A stretch of 64,000 nucleotides of DNA, taken from the NCBI GenBank assembly GCA_002269645.1, contig NIVC01000621.1, forward strand, positions 248,001-312,000, written 5' to 3'. Shown here piece after piece: positions 1 through 12,610 of this stretch. Every line of letters begins with the position of its first letter. The first letter of the stretch is position 1. Origin of the DNA: Macrostomum lignano. Its lineage: Eukaryota. Both the position numbers and the translations under genes were made by a program. The notes under the pieces are model-generated. The model made no database searches, was not told where the DNA came from, and saw nothing but the letters and a program-made list of their open reading frames with translations.

Positions 1-1532
1 TAGAATAGAATGTTGAATGTTGTGGACTCAAATGTATACTTATTTAACTGCTCCAGTAGCCGCCTTCGCAGGAATCGATCAGTGTCATTGACATCCTCCG
101 CAGAGAGAAACTGCCGCAAACCGTAAAGAACAATGTAGGCAATGTTAGCCGTTGGATAATTTTGTCCAGATAGCATCTCTGTGGCGTCTGCGAATTGTCT
201 CAGAATGGCTAGAAGTGTACCCGCGACCTCTTTCTCCTCCTGGCGAAGAAAAACGCTTCGCAGTTGCTTGATTTCGGCATCGCTGGTCGCGTCCTGGATG
301 AGCTGGCAAAGTGTTCTGTCCACATCAGGGTAGCGCTGTAGATAGACGCGAAGCATGCTGTAAGTCGAACTCCACCGGGTCTTCACATCCAGCGGTAGCA
401 AGGTATCTGCTTCTGCGTCCCGACGAAATGCATCTGCAGCCCTGGTGGACCGCCTGAATAACTTTGCTGTCCTGCGGATTTTTGTTATGGCGCTGGCAAT
501 CTTTTTGGTGCCCTCCGATGAAAGTGGAAGTGTTCTGAATTCTTCTGCCCACTCAGTGCAATCGTCTTCGTCTTCACTTTCATTGCATTCTGTGCTGCTG
601 TCGCCATTCACACCATCAGCGCTTGAGTCAGTTGCTTCCCAGAGCCCGGAGCCGTGGCACACCACCAGATGCAGAATATGCCCAAGGCAGCTCAGTCGTT
701 GCATGCGATCGCAGATTTTTCCAGCACGAACAATGTTACTACCCTGGTCCGTGGTGCACTTTCCGAACTTATCGTAGAGCCCATACTTCTGAAGGCACTG
801 GACAAACGCATGTGCTATAGCTTCGGCTGTGTGGCGCTCGGTGAAGTGAATGAAATCGAGTGTAGTGCTTTCAACTTGGAAGCTTTCATTGGCAAAGTGA
901 CACGTTATTATCATGTAGGCCATGTTCGTTCTGTCTGTCCATAAGTCAGTTGTAAAGTTGACGACAGTTGGTGCCTCCAGACGAACTTTCAGCATAGCCA
1001 CTTTCTCCTCAAACAGCGAGTCAACTCGGTCAGTAACTTTCTGACGTCTGGGTCCCATATAGCCTGGCAGAATTGCTTGCAAGAACCCTTGCATTCCTTT
1101 CTTGCGGAAGTCACCAAATGAACGGCCATCTTGAATTATGGCTTTAATGGCAGCCTCATCGAGCCTGGACACTAACGCACTTGAAAGTGATGGCTTAACC
1201 TTAGAAGATGAGGCCTGGGAAGTAGGACTCACTGCTACAGGCGCAAAACTACCTGTGATTCTCATTTGCTTTAGTGGCACTGGCACAGTAGATTGTTCTC
1301 GCACAGTACTGCTTCCTTCAGGATCATTGGCAGTAGGCACCTGTGCAGGTGCGGATGTACTTGACCTGCTCTCAGATTCGGAACAGAGAAGCTTATGTTG
1401 GTTTCGTAGGTGATTTAGCAATGCTTTTGTAGATCCATCCTTTTGAAGTTTGAGGTGCGCATTGCACTCCTTACACATAGCATTTTTTTTATCTGCAGAC
1501 TGTTCAAAATACTTCCAAACTCTGGACTTCAT
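1..1532 (-). CDS. hAT-superfamily transposase with N-terminal BED zinc finger (ZBED-like); runs off the left edge of the window
   Basis: Manual translation from ATG 1532: MKSRVWKYF..C..C..HL.NQH (BED finger), FTTDLWTD, TTDQGSN, CLGHILHL (CxxH), DVKTRWSSTYSML. It is absent from the ORF track, consistent with no stop before position 1; spot checks at 3-62 and 180-272 are open. Confidence 0.9.
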   Translation of the reverse strand, partial: MKSRVWKYFEQSADKKNAMCKECNAHLKLQKDGSTKALLNHLRNQHKLLCSESESRSSTSAPAQVPTANDPEGSSTVREQSTVPVPLKQMRITGSFAPVAVSPTSQASSSKVKPSLSSALVSRLDEAAIKAIIQDGRSFGDFRKKGMQGFLQAILPGYMGPRRQKVTDRVDSLFEEKVAMLKVRLEAPTVVNFTTDLWTDRTNMAYMIITCHFANESFQVESTTLDFIHFTERHTAEAIAHAFVQCLQKYGLYDKFGKCTTDQGSNIVRAGKICDRMQRLSCLGHILHLVVCHGSGLWEATDSSADGVNGDSSTECNESEDEDDCTEWAEEFRTLPLSSEGTKKIASAITKIRRTAKLFRRSTRAADAFRRDAEADTLLPLDVKTRWSSTYSMLRVYLQRYPDVDRTLCQLIQDATSDAEIKQLRSVFLRQEEKEVAGTLLAILRQFADATEMLSGQNYPTANIAYIVLYGLRQFLSAEDVNDTDRFLRRRLLEQLNKYTFESTTFNILF

Positions 1533-3393
1533 GCTTCAGTGCCACCTGGTTGAATAGCTGGAATGAGAATTGGTTAGGTAGGTAATGGTACAGTGATTGA
1601 AATCAATTGCTAACTGGGTATTTCTGCGTAAGGGGTCTAACCACATTTTTCAACATTAATGTAAATAACGTTTGAAGTATATGGGATTGAGAAAGACTGC
1701 TTACATAATATCATGAAAAATACTAGTGTCACTTCAATGGAGAAGTAATTATCTTTTTGCATCTGTTATAGTAAATGTTTAGCAATAAAATTACATAAAG
1801 GTTGTTACTTTATTCAAAATTTAAATCAGTGCAGTCTTTTTGCTCTTCATGTCCTCATTTCAATAGAAAGCAAAATAAATATTTATGAATTGGAATCATT
1901 AGAATATTTTCTAAAACACAAGAGTGGTTTTATTCCAGTCATAAAAAATACCTTAAAAGTTATTTGCATTCAAAATAAAATAACATGGCTTGACACTTGT
2001 GTGGAAATGTCAACTGGTTTAGTACTATACATTGCCCATTATAATTACCAAGTGACACTGACAATAATATATAGGCATATACACTTGTAAACTGATCCAT
2101 ATATATAATACCATTATGAACCCTTCTATTCATTAATTATTGCCTAGTAAACAACAAAAGTTCACTGCTTATTTATGCTATCAAATTAAATGCTTCATGC
2201 CTTCATACTTATTACTTGCTTCTCATTTCTATAATTTTATATGTATATATAACTAACTACCAATAAGAAACAGATTATAGGCCAATAGAAACTTTGCTTG
2301 TAGATAGAAACACATGCAGCCACAGAGGAGGTTCAGTTTTATATATTGAGATGTGCCTTAACAGCTTCAACAACTTAGCCTTGTGGTTTAATTTCCCTTA
2401 GCTACTCTACAACTAGGAAAAGAAATATGAAACACTTCTTGCAATGGGAATGGGATTGGGATTGAGATGGAAGGAATACCAAGACCCAAGATCTAATAGT
2501 AAGATACATGAAAGTTCACAGCTAAAATCAGGACCATTTCGTACCTATACTTACAACGAAATTGCTTTCATAGTAATATTACATCTATGAGTTTAGGCCT
2601 ATTTAAGCTGCAAAAATAGAGTACAATAAAATTAGATTATACCCTGTAGTGTAGATATCAGTAGAGATAGAACTAGAGCGATAAAGAGATAGCACAGATA
2701 AAACAATGATACAATGAAACAGGAGAGTTAATCACAAATATATATTTATTTTTACTTTTGATTATAGTTAACAGTAAGTCAGTAGTGGTATAACAGAATT
2801 GCTATGCAAAAACTAAAGTGACGTCTTTACATAAAATTGTATGCTGATATGAGTAGGTAATCATTGTGATAATTGATTATTGGCGACTTATGCGTGGAGA
2901 ATAATAGTGTATTTATAAATTTTAAGCTTCCTCGACCTCATCCAATCCAGAAGTTCAGACCATGTTACACGTAGCACATGTAAAATTATTACTGAACGTA
3001 ATTTTTTAAATCATCAACTGCAAGACTGAATGGGTCGAAAAACGACAATCGTTATTTACCAGAAAGTGTAAATGAATCCATGGTTCTATCTGCTATTTCC
3101 GTTTCAAATTGTATGTAAAATATAACTTAAGTTGTACCTGAAACTCAATGCATATCTTTCGCATTGTGGATTTTGCATAAGGAGTAAAAAGTGCTTGAAA
3201 ATACTCTTGAGAATGATAATTGTTCAAAACCCCGAAAACCCCGAAAACCCGGTGGCCAAACCCGACCCGAACCCCGAACCCGGTACCCCTACCCCGAACC
3301 CGAACCCGACCCGGAACACCTACCCCGAACCCCGAACCCGGTACCAAAACCCGACCCGAAACCCGACCCGACCCCGAACCCCGAACACCCCTA
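1..3393 (-). mobile_element. hAT DNA transposon, 5' part; terminus at 3393 with subterminal CCCGAA/CCCGAC repeats (3228-3390)
   Basis: Minus strand begins TAGGGGTGTTCGGGG at 3393, a typical hAT TIR start. It is followed by dense hexamer repeats and lies upstream of the transposase. The other end is outside the window, so the TSD cannot be tested. Confidence 0.7.
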
Positions 3394-4108
3394 GATTTTA
3401 CCGATGTCGGCGGAGAAGGCAGTGCCAGTCGCGCTAGGCCAGTCGAAAAATCGCTTCAAATCTTTGTTCCGAGTTATGACTCTATGGAATAAATAAAACT
3501 GTTGTAACCGAGTATGCCTTATTAAGCATACGAGACTATTGAGACTGTCGTGTTGCAAATATTGCACAACTAAAATTCATAATTGAAGTTTGTTAAAAAG
3601 CTCTCTTAAATCGTCAACTGACTAACTACTTTTAGTAGCTTAAAAAGTACTTGTTATTTTCTTGCTTACTCCAGTCCGAAGCTTTGCCTATGGTATAAAT
3701 AAAAAAAACATTCCTAGAGTTTGATACGCATCGTACAACCTATATCCCGATTCGAGAGTTCATTCGCGTTCAATCAATGAAACCTTCCAGTTATTGCGAT
3801 GTGTTCTAATTTTCTTCATTATCACTTATTGTTACTCTCGAGTAAATACCGTACAAGTTTAGCAGCCAAATAATCAGATTCTATTTTTTCTAACATAAAA
3901 ACAAAAATAAAACATTGCTTCTGCCGAATTCTTTGCTTGTCTTGACTTGATTGTTTTAAACGTTTCCGAGTGTTGATTTACCACGGTGGTGACAATGCCC
4001 CCCCCCCTTAATGCCCAATGATCTTATCCCCAATAATTCCGATAGCAAACGATATTATTATTATGTCCAGTTGTCATGGGCTCAACGATTATTTCTATCC
4101 AACAGTCA

Positions 4109-4410
4109 GGGGGTTGTAGCCTAGTGGTTAGAGCGTCCGACTCACGACTTGAAGATTGGGGGTTCGATTCCCGATCCCACTTGGAAAAAAATCTGTGTCC
4201 TTGAGCATGACGCTTAACTCTGTACCCGTATTTCTTCAGTTCACCCAGCTGTAAAATGGGTGCCAGCATTAGCTGGGGTAATTGAGGGTGTGCGTGTCGA
4301 CCCCCCCCCCCCAGTCCTTGGACAGCCGTACGCGTCGCGCAGTAGCTGCGGCTGAGCTGTCGGTTGCACATCTTGCCCGATTGGGGCAGGTGTAATATAT
4401 GATTGTTATT
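4109..4410 (+). mobile_element. tRNA-derived SINE (family A)
   Basis: A box TAGCCTAGTGG and B box GGTTCGATTCC with a poorly pairing anticodon stem. Followed by GTGTCCTTGAGCATGACGCTTAAC...CACCCAGCTGTAAAATGGGT, resembling conserved central domains of metazoan SINEs, and an AT-rich tail. Confidence 0.75.
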
Positions 4411-4561
4411 AATTACTTATGCAAAGTACGAAGTTTCTCTTAAATCGGCTACTTAGCAAGTAGTAAACAAGCATTAAGTAGTATATAAGGCATTAAGTAG
4501 TATATAAGCATTATATACTGATAATCAACTTGTTTTGCATTATTTCAGCTACACGGCAGCC

Positions 4562-7500
4562 ATGCCAGCTGAACTGCTTCAACGCCTGATTGCTCCTTAC
4601 GAAAATCTGAGCTCAGATTACGTAATACCAGCCGGCAACCGTAACTACCGACTGCAATATTCCCATGTCTACTCCCAGCGGTTGCACTCGATGCGAGCCC
4701 AGTTGGAGGCTCTGGCTCGTGAGCGTTGGCCTTCCCTGCCATTGCGGCGCATCTCAGAAATTGTCACCGGGGAACGGTGCATCGTAGTTGGCACCCTGTT
4801 CAAGGACATGCCATTGAAGCCCAGCATACTTAGCGAGATTGGTGAAGATCAACAGGTAGAGCCACCACCTGTGCCAGAGTGCTGTGTCAGCGATAAAGAC
4901 CGCCTAATCCTGGAGGACGATCTGCAACGAATTCAACTGGTTGGCGACATCGCCAAGGAGCGACTGGTGACTGGCATTGTGCTGGCTGTGCTGGGCAAAG
5001 AGCCGGATGAGGCTAGAGGCCGCTTCCAGGTGCGTGTGCGGTCTTGAAGATGGGGGTGTGGGATTGGGGGAAGATGGGAGTGTGGGATTGGGGTGAATGA
5101 AGATGAGAGTGTCAGATTGGGGTGAATGAAGATGGGAGTGTGGGATTGGGGTGAATGAAGATGGGGGTGTGGGATTGGGGTGAATGAAGATGGGGGTGTG
5201 GGATTGGGATGAATGAAGATGGGGGTGTGGGATTGGGGTGAATGAAGATGAGAGTGTCAGATTGGGGTGAATGAAGATGGGAGTGTGGGATTAGGGTGAT
5301 TGAAGATGAGAGTGTCAGATTGGGGTGAATGAAGATGAGAGTGTCAGATTGGGGTGAATGAAGATGAGAGTGTCAGATTGGGGTGAATGAAGATGAGAGT
5401 GTCAGATTGGGGTGAATGAAGATGGGAGTGTGGGATTGGGGTGAATGAAGATGAGAGTGTCAGATTGGGGTGAATGAAGATGAGAGTGTCAGATTGGGGT
5501 GAATGAAGATGAGAGTATCAGATTGGGGTGAATGAAGATGAGAGTGTCAGATTGGGGTGAATGAAGATGAGAGTGTCAGATTGGGGTGAATGAAAATGGG
5601 AGTGTGGGGTTGGGGTGAATGAAGATGGGAGTGTGGGAATGGGCTGAATGAAAATGAGAGTCTAGGATTGAGGTGAAGATGGGAGTGTGGAATTGGGGTG
5701 AATGAAGATGGGAGTGTGGGATTGGGGTGAAGATGGGGGTGTGGGATTGGGGTGAATGAAGATGGGGGTGTGGGATTGGGGTGAATGAAGATGAGAGTGT
5801 CAGATTGGGGTGAATGAAGATGAGAGTGTCGGATTGGGGTGAATGAATATGAGTGTCAGATTGGGGTGAATGAAGATGAGAGTGTCAGATTGGGGTGAAT
5901 GAAGATGAGAGTGTCAGATTGGGGTGAATGAAGATGAGAGTGTCAGATTGGGGTGAATGAAGATGAGAGTGTCAGATTGGGGTGAATGAAGATGAGAGTG
6001 TCAGATTGGGGTGAATGAAGATGAGAGTGTCAGATTGGGGTGAATGAAGATGAGAGTGTGGGATTGGGGTGAATGAAGATGAAAGTGTCAGATTGGGGTG
6101 AATGAAGATGGGAGTGTCAGATTGGGGTGAAGATGGGAGTGTGGAATTGGGGTGAATGAAGATGGGGGTGTGGGATTGGGGTGAGTGAAGATGGGAGTGT
6201 GGGATTGGGGTGAATAAAGATAGGAGTGTGGGATTGGGATAAAAATAAAGATAAGAGTTAGGCAATCGTAAAAGCTCGTTGGGAACGAGTGTTGTTGAAG
6301 TTCTTAATTTCATGTGCATAATGTGTCACAGTAAAGTACTCAGTGCACTCTGTTGCTAGTCCCGACCCGGTCATCAACACCCAGGTAGAGGAGCACCTGT
6401 TCGCCCAGCCGGCCCCGCAGCCGCAGTGGCTGCCGCTGGAACCGGAGCCCGAGCAGGACATCTGGCTAGCGGTTGTGTCGGGTTTGCACCTGGGTGATCC
6501 AGCGGAGGATGTGCTCAGACTGCGCCTGCTGGTGCAGCGGCTCACCTGTAGTCTGATTCCGTCTGACAGCATGCGACAGTCGGCTGCCAGTGTTGTTCGG
6601 CTGCTGATTGCAGGTGATTTGCTGTGCGTTTGCTACTTATAGTAGGATAGAATAATTGTGTGGACCGCCAGACTGGAGCTCCGCCAGCCTCCCAGAGTGT
6701 CAGTTGCTAGAGCCAGCCTCCCAGATGCTCAGTTGCTGGGCCAGCCTCCCAGATCCTCAGTTGCTAGGCCAGCCTCCCAGATCCTCAGTTGCTGGGCCAG
6801 CCTCTCAGATCCTCAGTTGCTGGGCCAGCCTCCCAGATCCTTAGTTGCTGGGCCAGCCTCCCAGATCCTCAGTTGCTGGGCCAGCCTCCCAGATCCTCAG
6901 TTGCTGGGCCAGCCTCCCAGATCCTCAGTTGCTGGGCCAGCCTCCCTGATCTTCAGTTGCTGGGCCAGCCTCCCAGATTCTCAGTTGCTGGGCCAGCCTC
7001 CCAGATCCTTAGTTGCTAGGCCAGCCTCCCAGATCCTCAGTTGCTAGGCCAGCCTCCCAGATCCTCAGTTGCTGGGCCACCAGCCTCCCAGATCCTCAGT
7101 TGCTGGGCCACCAGCCTCCCAGATCCTCAGTTGCTAGGCCAGCCTCCCAGATCTTCAGTTGCTGTGCTGGGCACTGGATCGTCAAAATCTTCTCTCTCAC
7201 CTGCCGCTCCTATGGTTGCAGTAAAAAATGCAAATTTCTGTTTCCAGAAGAGACTGCTATTAGCGGCAAACATCAAAGGCTATTTTCTGATAGCGCAGGT
7301 TGCAATACCCATTTCCTGAGTCGCAGCCAAGATCACATTGTGCTTGCGCGACCCATTGGAAAGAAGTCAACCTGACAGATATTTAGATGAAATCTATCAG
7401 AATTACTAATGATTGTTACTAATTGCCCCTCCAACTCAGGCAACAGCCTGGCCAAGAGTACTCAGGACCAAGAGTCGCACTCCAGAGCTCTGTACCTGTC

Positions 7501-8128
7501 TAAGAAGGCAGCCGTGACCAGCGCCGCAGGAGTCAGCCGGTTGGACTCGCTGGTGTCCGAGCTGGCGGCCTCGATTCCAGTCGATCTGATGCCGGGCGAA
7601 TTCGATCCCAGCGGTTATTTCTTGCCCCAGCAGCCGCTCCATCACTGCATGCTGCCGCAGTCTGGCCGCTACTCCAGCCTGAATCTCGTCACTAATCCGT
7701 ATCGGTTCCGGCTGGCCGACTGGCACATCCTGGCCACCAGCGGCCAGACAGTGAAAGATGTTAAGAAATTTAGCAACATCCGGGATCCACTGGACCTGAT
7801 GGAGGGCACGCTGCGCTGGCGTCATCTGGCTCCAACAGCGCCGGACACTCTGGGCTGTTTTCCATTCTACGAGTCGGATCCGCTGCTGCTGGACTTCAGC
7901 CCCCACCTGTACATTGCCGGCAATCAGGCTAGCTTTGGGCATCGGCTGGTCAAGGATGCGGCTGGCCAGGAAACTCTGCTGGTATCTGTGCCGGCCTTCG
8001 CTGACACTGGCGAGTGCGCCCTCGTCGGGCTGCGCAGTCGGCGGGTTCGACGGCTGCTACTGTCGGCTGAAGGATTCCACGGTGCAGGTAGACGAGCTGA
8101 TGCCGAGGTTCCAATGGATACTGACTGA
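4562..8128 (+). CDS. POLD2: DNA polymerase delta small subunit; exons 4562-5029, 6385-6613, 7440-8128 (461 aa)
   Basis: Motifs RLQYSHVYSQRL, GTLFKDMPLKPSIL, LILEDDLQRIQL, VDLMPGEFDPSGYFLPQQPLH, HLAPTAPDTLGCFPFY. GT-AG introns with matching phases (0 and 1). An acceptor TTTCAG at 4548 lies 13 nt before the ATG. Confidence 0.95.
5046..6245. repeat. 29-bp minisatellite (~41 copies) filling POLD2 intron 1
   Basis: Unit GATTGGGGTGAATGAAGATGAGAGTGTCA and variants; period 29 read directly. Confidence 0.95.
6684..7163. repeat. 28-bp minisatellite (~17 copies) in POLD2 intron 2
   Basis: Unit CCCAGATCCTCAGTTGCTGGGCCAGCCT. Confidence 0.95.
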
Positions 8129-8894
8129 AGCTCAATTCGAATACGAGCTACTGTAAGTAGCTTATCATTTCAACTGGCATTTTGTATGTTGCTGTTCTAT
8201 TTTTCTTCTATTTGGTAAACAAGCATTTCAATATAATATTTATGGATCCGGTATTAACGGAACCGACTATTTTTTCTGCGTAAGTAAAAGTATAATTAAA
8301 AGCGTTAACCATCAAATAAAAATAAAATTCGTGTTTAATTGTTATTTACACCTGTAATTAACTTTCGACAAATTCAATTTATAACATATTTGTCTTGACG
8401 CTTTGTTGATAAAGTTTGGAACGCTTCTTTGTGTTAAACCTTGATTATACTCAGCAACATCGCAGAAGATTCTGTCTGTGGTCGCCACTTTTGAGAGCGC
8501 AGGTAAAGTATCTCAATCTTTGCGAGTGACGCAACTTAGCAACGCCGCGGCCGACTTTGAGTTGAGGAATGAAGTGGCGGAGCGGTGTGCGAGGGTTGGA
8601 CGTATTAAAGCTGCCCGTATCTTTTATTTTAGAATAGCCCAAGTGAACATTCGCTTGTGTGCCCGATAATTTGCCAGTGGTTTTTGTACTTTAACACCCG
8701 AGGGCCAACCCCCAGAGAGTAGAAAGTCAGTGCCGCGTATGTAGCCTCACCGCTGTGTGTGGGATGATTCCTCTGAAAGCGTAGTGCCAGGCTGCCAAGT
8801 GCCGTCATGCAAATATGAATCTCTACATGCATGGGCAACAAGGAGCTCCTTGCTACCTATCGCACATAATTTTTCGCAGCAATTCTGGGCTGAA

Positions 8895-9320
8895 TATGAG
8901 GGTCGTTCAATAAATTTTAGGACCACAGTACACATTGCACTCTGGGTGATGTGATGAGTAGATCGGAACACTGTACATGTTAGCTTATACAAAAAAATAT
9001 AAAGGCTTCAAAGCCACCTACCCACCCAAATCAAAATCCATTCCACTGGAGACCTATTAGGATTACAAACCTGGTCTAAACCAGTCGGAATGCCTAGAGC
9101 GGCTTCGCTTAGCCGCTTAGGATAGCACCTTCAAGAAGAACCATTTTCGACTTGTTTGCGGAATTTCCTCGAGGCCGAGCGGATCGTTTGCAGAAGATGA
9201 AAATCGAGCTAATTAAGTTCGACAACTGACGCAAACTTTGCAGAGCAGGCTCTAATCGACGAAGATCCACGATCAACCGTGCAACAGTTAGCCACTACCG
9301 TCGGGATTTCATCACGAAGC
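8895..9320 (+). mobile_element. Degenerate mariner element (TIR and N-terminal HTH remnant)
   Basis: TA+TGAGGGTCGTTCAATAAA resembles a mariner TIR. Broken frames give GLNQSECLERLRLA, PSRRTIFDLFAEF.RGR and LIDEDPRSTVQQLATTVGIS. Confidence 0.65.
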
Positions 9321-10416
9321 CTCGCCATTCAAGATGGTGGTTGTTTTCGTGGCTCATAGCTGCGGTCCAGCGGCAGTTATTCCGCTGGAAACACGGCGAA
9401 CAGTGACTACCAACTGCGGTATGTGACCGTGTGTCCTCCAGTGCTACAAGCTCTTGCTGACAGGCGTCCAAAGATGCGACATCGCGGGCTCCTAACTACA
9501 TGTACTCCACCAGGATAACGCGCCGGCCTATACATTTCTATGTATCCGGAAATTAATATTGGACACCCCCATAAATACCCTCGGGCTAAAGCAATAAAGC
9601 AATTGAAAGTCACGCCGCAAACAAATTAGCTGTCACTGAACTACATGTATGAAAACTGAGGATCGTTAATGCTCAGTGCTCTGCTCAGAAATACAATTTA
9701 GACCAATTATAGCTTCCGTGTACACAGGGCCGCAAACCCTTTGGTAGACGCCCTAGTCTCTTTTCGGGCGTCCCTGTCTCACGACTCTCATGGTCGGCGC
9801 CGTCTTTTAAACCGGTGAATGCCACGTCCAAGAGGTGACAAAAATGAGCACCCGTGACGTCATTCGTCGAATTTAGTTATCTCTTTAATTTATTTAGTTT
9901 TTCGAGTAGGGCAGCTTTTATTAGAAGCGATTGGGGGCCGCGGACCCCCTGTTCCCTTCGCGTACGCCACAGGACCATGGGGCCTTGCCTCATCATTACA
10001 TGGATGTGGGTTACTCTACATGTGTATCGTAGCTTGTTATTCTTGTAAAAAGTTTGTAAAAATCGATTGCAGGTTCTGCACTGCAAGCTTCTACGCTTGT
10101 AACGCCCCAGAAACTCTTAAATAGAACTTTTAACGTTTTCTGTCACTGAATATAATTGCCTCAAAACGTTTAGTTGAGTTGTACACCAGGCTCCCAAGAT
10201 GACCTATACAATACTTGCAATATATTAATGTTTGTAGACTGATGAAAAAACTGATTAACGGGTGGAAACGAATTTTCTGACAATAATTTAGCGGGGCCCT
10301 GTAATGCAGCTGTTTTTGCAGCGTAACCTGTTGTCATTGTTATTGTTAATTTTGTGGTTATTGTTAGTGTTTTTATTGTCAGTTTCGCCATTTTGTCTTC
10401 CAGGTTGCTCCAAAAC

Positions 10417-11584
10417 TCAATCTTTATTGCACATCAGCTCCAGCCTTTGAAACTCGGTCGGGCTCAGCGCCTTGCTGCCGAATCCATAGCACAGCAGGGT
10501 GCCGTTCAAGCTCTTGGCATTTATCGGACCATAGCCGAGTCGCAAAGAGTCAAACAGGCTCTTGGAATATGACAGGCTTGCTGTTTTGCTATTTGCACCA
10601 ACCTCTACGGTGGAGCCGTTCGTGTAAAAACGCAAAGACGTTGTCCCATTGAAAGCGATTCCAAACGACAATTCGTGCCGCGCATTGTCCACTGGCAGGG
10701 CCTGCGTCGAATTGAACAGCAGTCCAAACTCCTCAGTTCCTGAGTTCGTCAGTTGTTTGAAAATGGTAACGCTGAAGATGTTGTCAACCCTTTTTGGAGC
10801 ATGCTCCCCACAGATGACGGGTCGTCACGATTCAGAAAGGAGAAATAGGTTGTTTGGCTGAAATTCAGATGGAAATTTCCCGCGATGGTTATTAAAAATT
10901 TATTTTAAGTTACTCTGCATGAAGCATTTCGCTCACCCATCGTCGAAAACATGTCGAACTCTAAGAAATGCCGAGTATTCCGAGCCATATGCGATCAGCT
11001 TGTGGAACTCGGGAGTCTCAGTACTCAGGTACGAGTCATTATGGCCCTCGAAGTGAGCACCTCTTGCATCCACCGTCACATTTTGAGTCTTGAGGCAGAA
11101 CCGTCTCGGATTGACCTCATTTTGGAGACCGCTTCTTGAGAACTTGTAGAACAGCTTCATCTCTAACTTAGTGAACACTGACTCCGCCACATCTGAAATG
11201 CAATTAATTCGATAATTCTAGGTGTAAGGCAACACGCAGGTAAATTTGAATAACGCCGCACTCACCGCAGTCTCCGCACAGCACATCGGTGTACTTGTAA
11301 GAGTTGCAGTCGCCGTCAGTCCATTGCCCGAGTCGGGAACACGCGTCTCCATGGTAACACTGGCCGGTGCTGATGTTGAAGTGGAATGCGTTGCAGGTGC
11401 GCAGTCGGGAGCAGATGGCAACGCACTGCAGCTCGCTGGTCAGGCGGTGCGGCAGCGGAGCGGCGTGTTGCGTCGGGCACTGGCGGAACTTGCGGAATGA
11501 CAGCCTGGCAACTAGGGAGGGGCACTGCGACGCGCTGGAGGCTGCGGCGGCTGCCAAACTCAGACAGAGCAGCCAGATGAGCAT
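10417..11584 (-). pseudogene. Secreted PAN/apple + LamG/pentraxin-like protein, copy 1; exons 11584-11266, 11192-10937, 10857-10417; -1 frameshift near 10791
   Basis: Signal peptide, PAN Cys pattern (CVAICSRLRTCNAFHFNISTGQC) and LamG-like motifs (AHFEG..SY, IAFNG..FYTNG, LRLG..LNGTL..LS..EF). Intron phases 1 and 2 match copy 2. Exon 3 changes frame at an A5 run; one extra A would restore it. Confidence 0.7.
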
Positions 11585-12291
11585 GATTTACCGATAGTAG
11601 TAGATTATGTCAATATCCCCGACTCTTTGCTGGCTATGCGACACATCTTTATAGCCTTTGTGTCAAGTTGGATTATCTATGCGCTTCAGCGGTGCCAATA
11701 GAGATACCTTATGTTGTTGAATGTATTGCAGTCGGTCCGGATTCAATGCTAGCTACGGTTGTGTGAAACCGAACCGTTTTTTCCGGGGCGTGCAGCGTTT
11801 ATTTTTTTCAGGGTTTTGTTTTCCACTGCGTTCGACTCATTCTTGCGTTTCAATGCCTCGCATTGCTGGTTTAACTGTTAGCTTGGAAAAAGCTTTTGTC
11901 AGGCTCGATGTTTTCAACAATGCCTGGGTCTCTTAGCTATGCCTAAAGCCTCTGGTTTGATTGACAGGTTGTTTTGCATTTGCCAAAGTGTTTTACATAG
12001 AAAGTTTTCTGCATTGAGGTACATTGTAAGCTATTGTTTAGCTGATGTTTCTGCAGTGCAAATTACAGTGGGATATGTTGAAACTAGGAGCTTGTAGACT
12101 TACTGTCTTTAGACTTCAGTTTAAGAATCTAGAGACTACGGCATCGATTCAGCTGGCAAGGGTTTAACGCAACGAGCGCCACCTACCAAACAGCACCTGA
12201 AGCATAAACTCATCATTTTTATGATTGTTACTCACTGGGTCATTTTGATGCAGTTATTGATCTTAGAGTAGTCCTTAATAGTTATTTATTT

Positions 12292-12610
12292 GGTCTGGAG
12301 CGGCGCTCTGGTGTGCTAGCGGCCCAGGCTCGATACCAAGTGCAGTCACATTAATTTGGGGCTAAATTGGAATCTCGGCTGCAGCTCTGCTCGTGCAGTT
12401 AACGGCCTTGAGGGCCAACCCCCCAAGGCGCAGTGAAGTGTACATGCCTAACGATAAATAAAGTTAGGGCCGCTGTACACTCCTGTGTGAGTGTGTGCCT
12501 GCGTACGTATCCGCGCGCTTGTATGCCTGCTCAGGGGAGTCAGCGGAATGGGCAGTAATGCCTCTCGCCGGTTGTGTGCCTATGTCGCTATACGCAGAGG
12601 AGCACACAGG
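12292..12610 (+). mobile_element. tRNA-Glu-like SINE (family B), 5'-truncated copy
   Basis: Closely matches the reverse complement of 23300-23625; B box GGCTCGATACC. Confidence 0.7.

Noticed and set aside
3093-3492. Pro/Thr-rich ORFs on both strands
   Set aside because: Translations of the hAT subterminal hexamer repeats.
4109-4181. Possible tRNA-Val(CAC) gene
   Set aside because: The anticodon and acceptor stems pair poorly and the sequence continues into a SINE body.
6656-7375. Several repetitive ORFs (PQLLGQPPRSSV...)
   Set aside because: They lie within the 28-bp intronic minisatellite; POLD2 splices across it in frame.
12175-12187. CTCF-like motif AGCGCCACCTAC
   Set aside because: A single short match with no supporting context.
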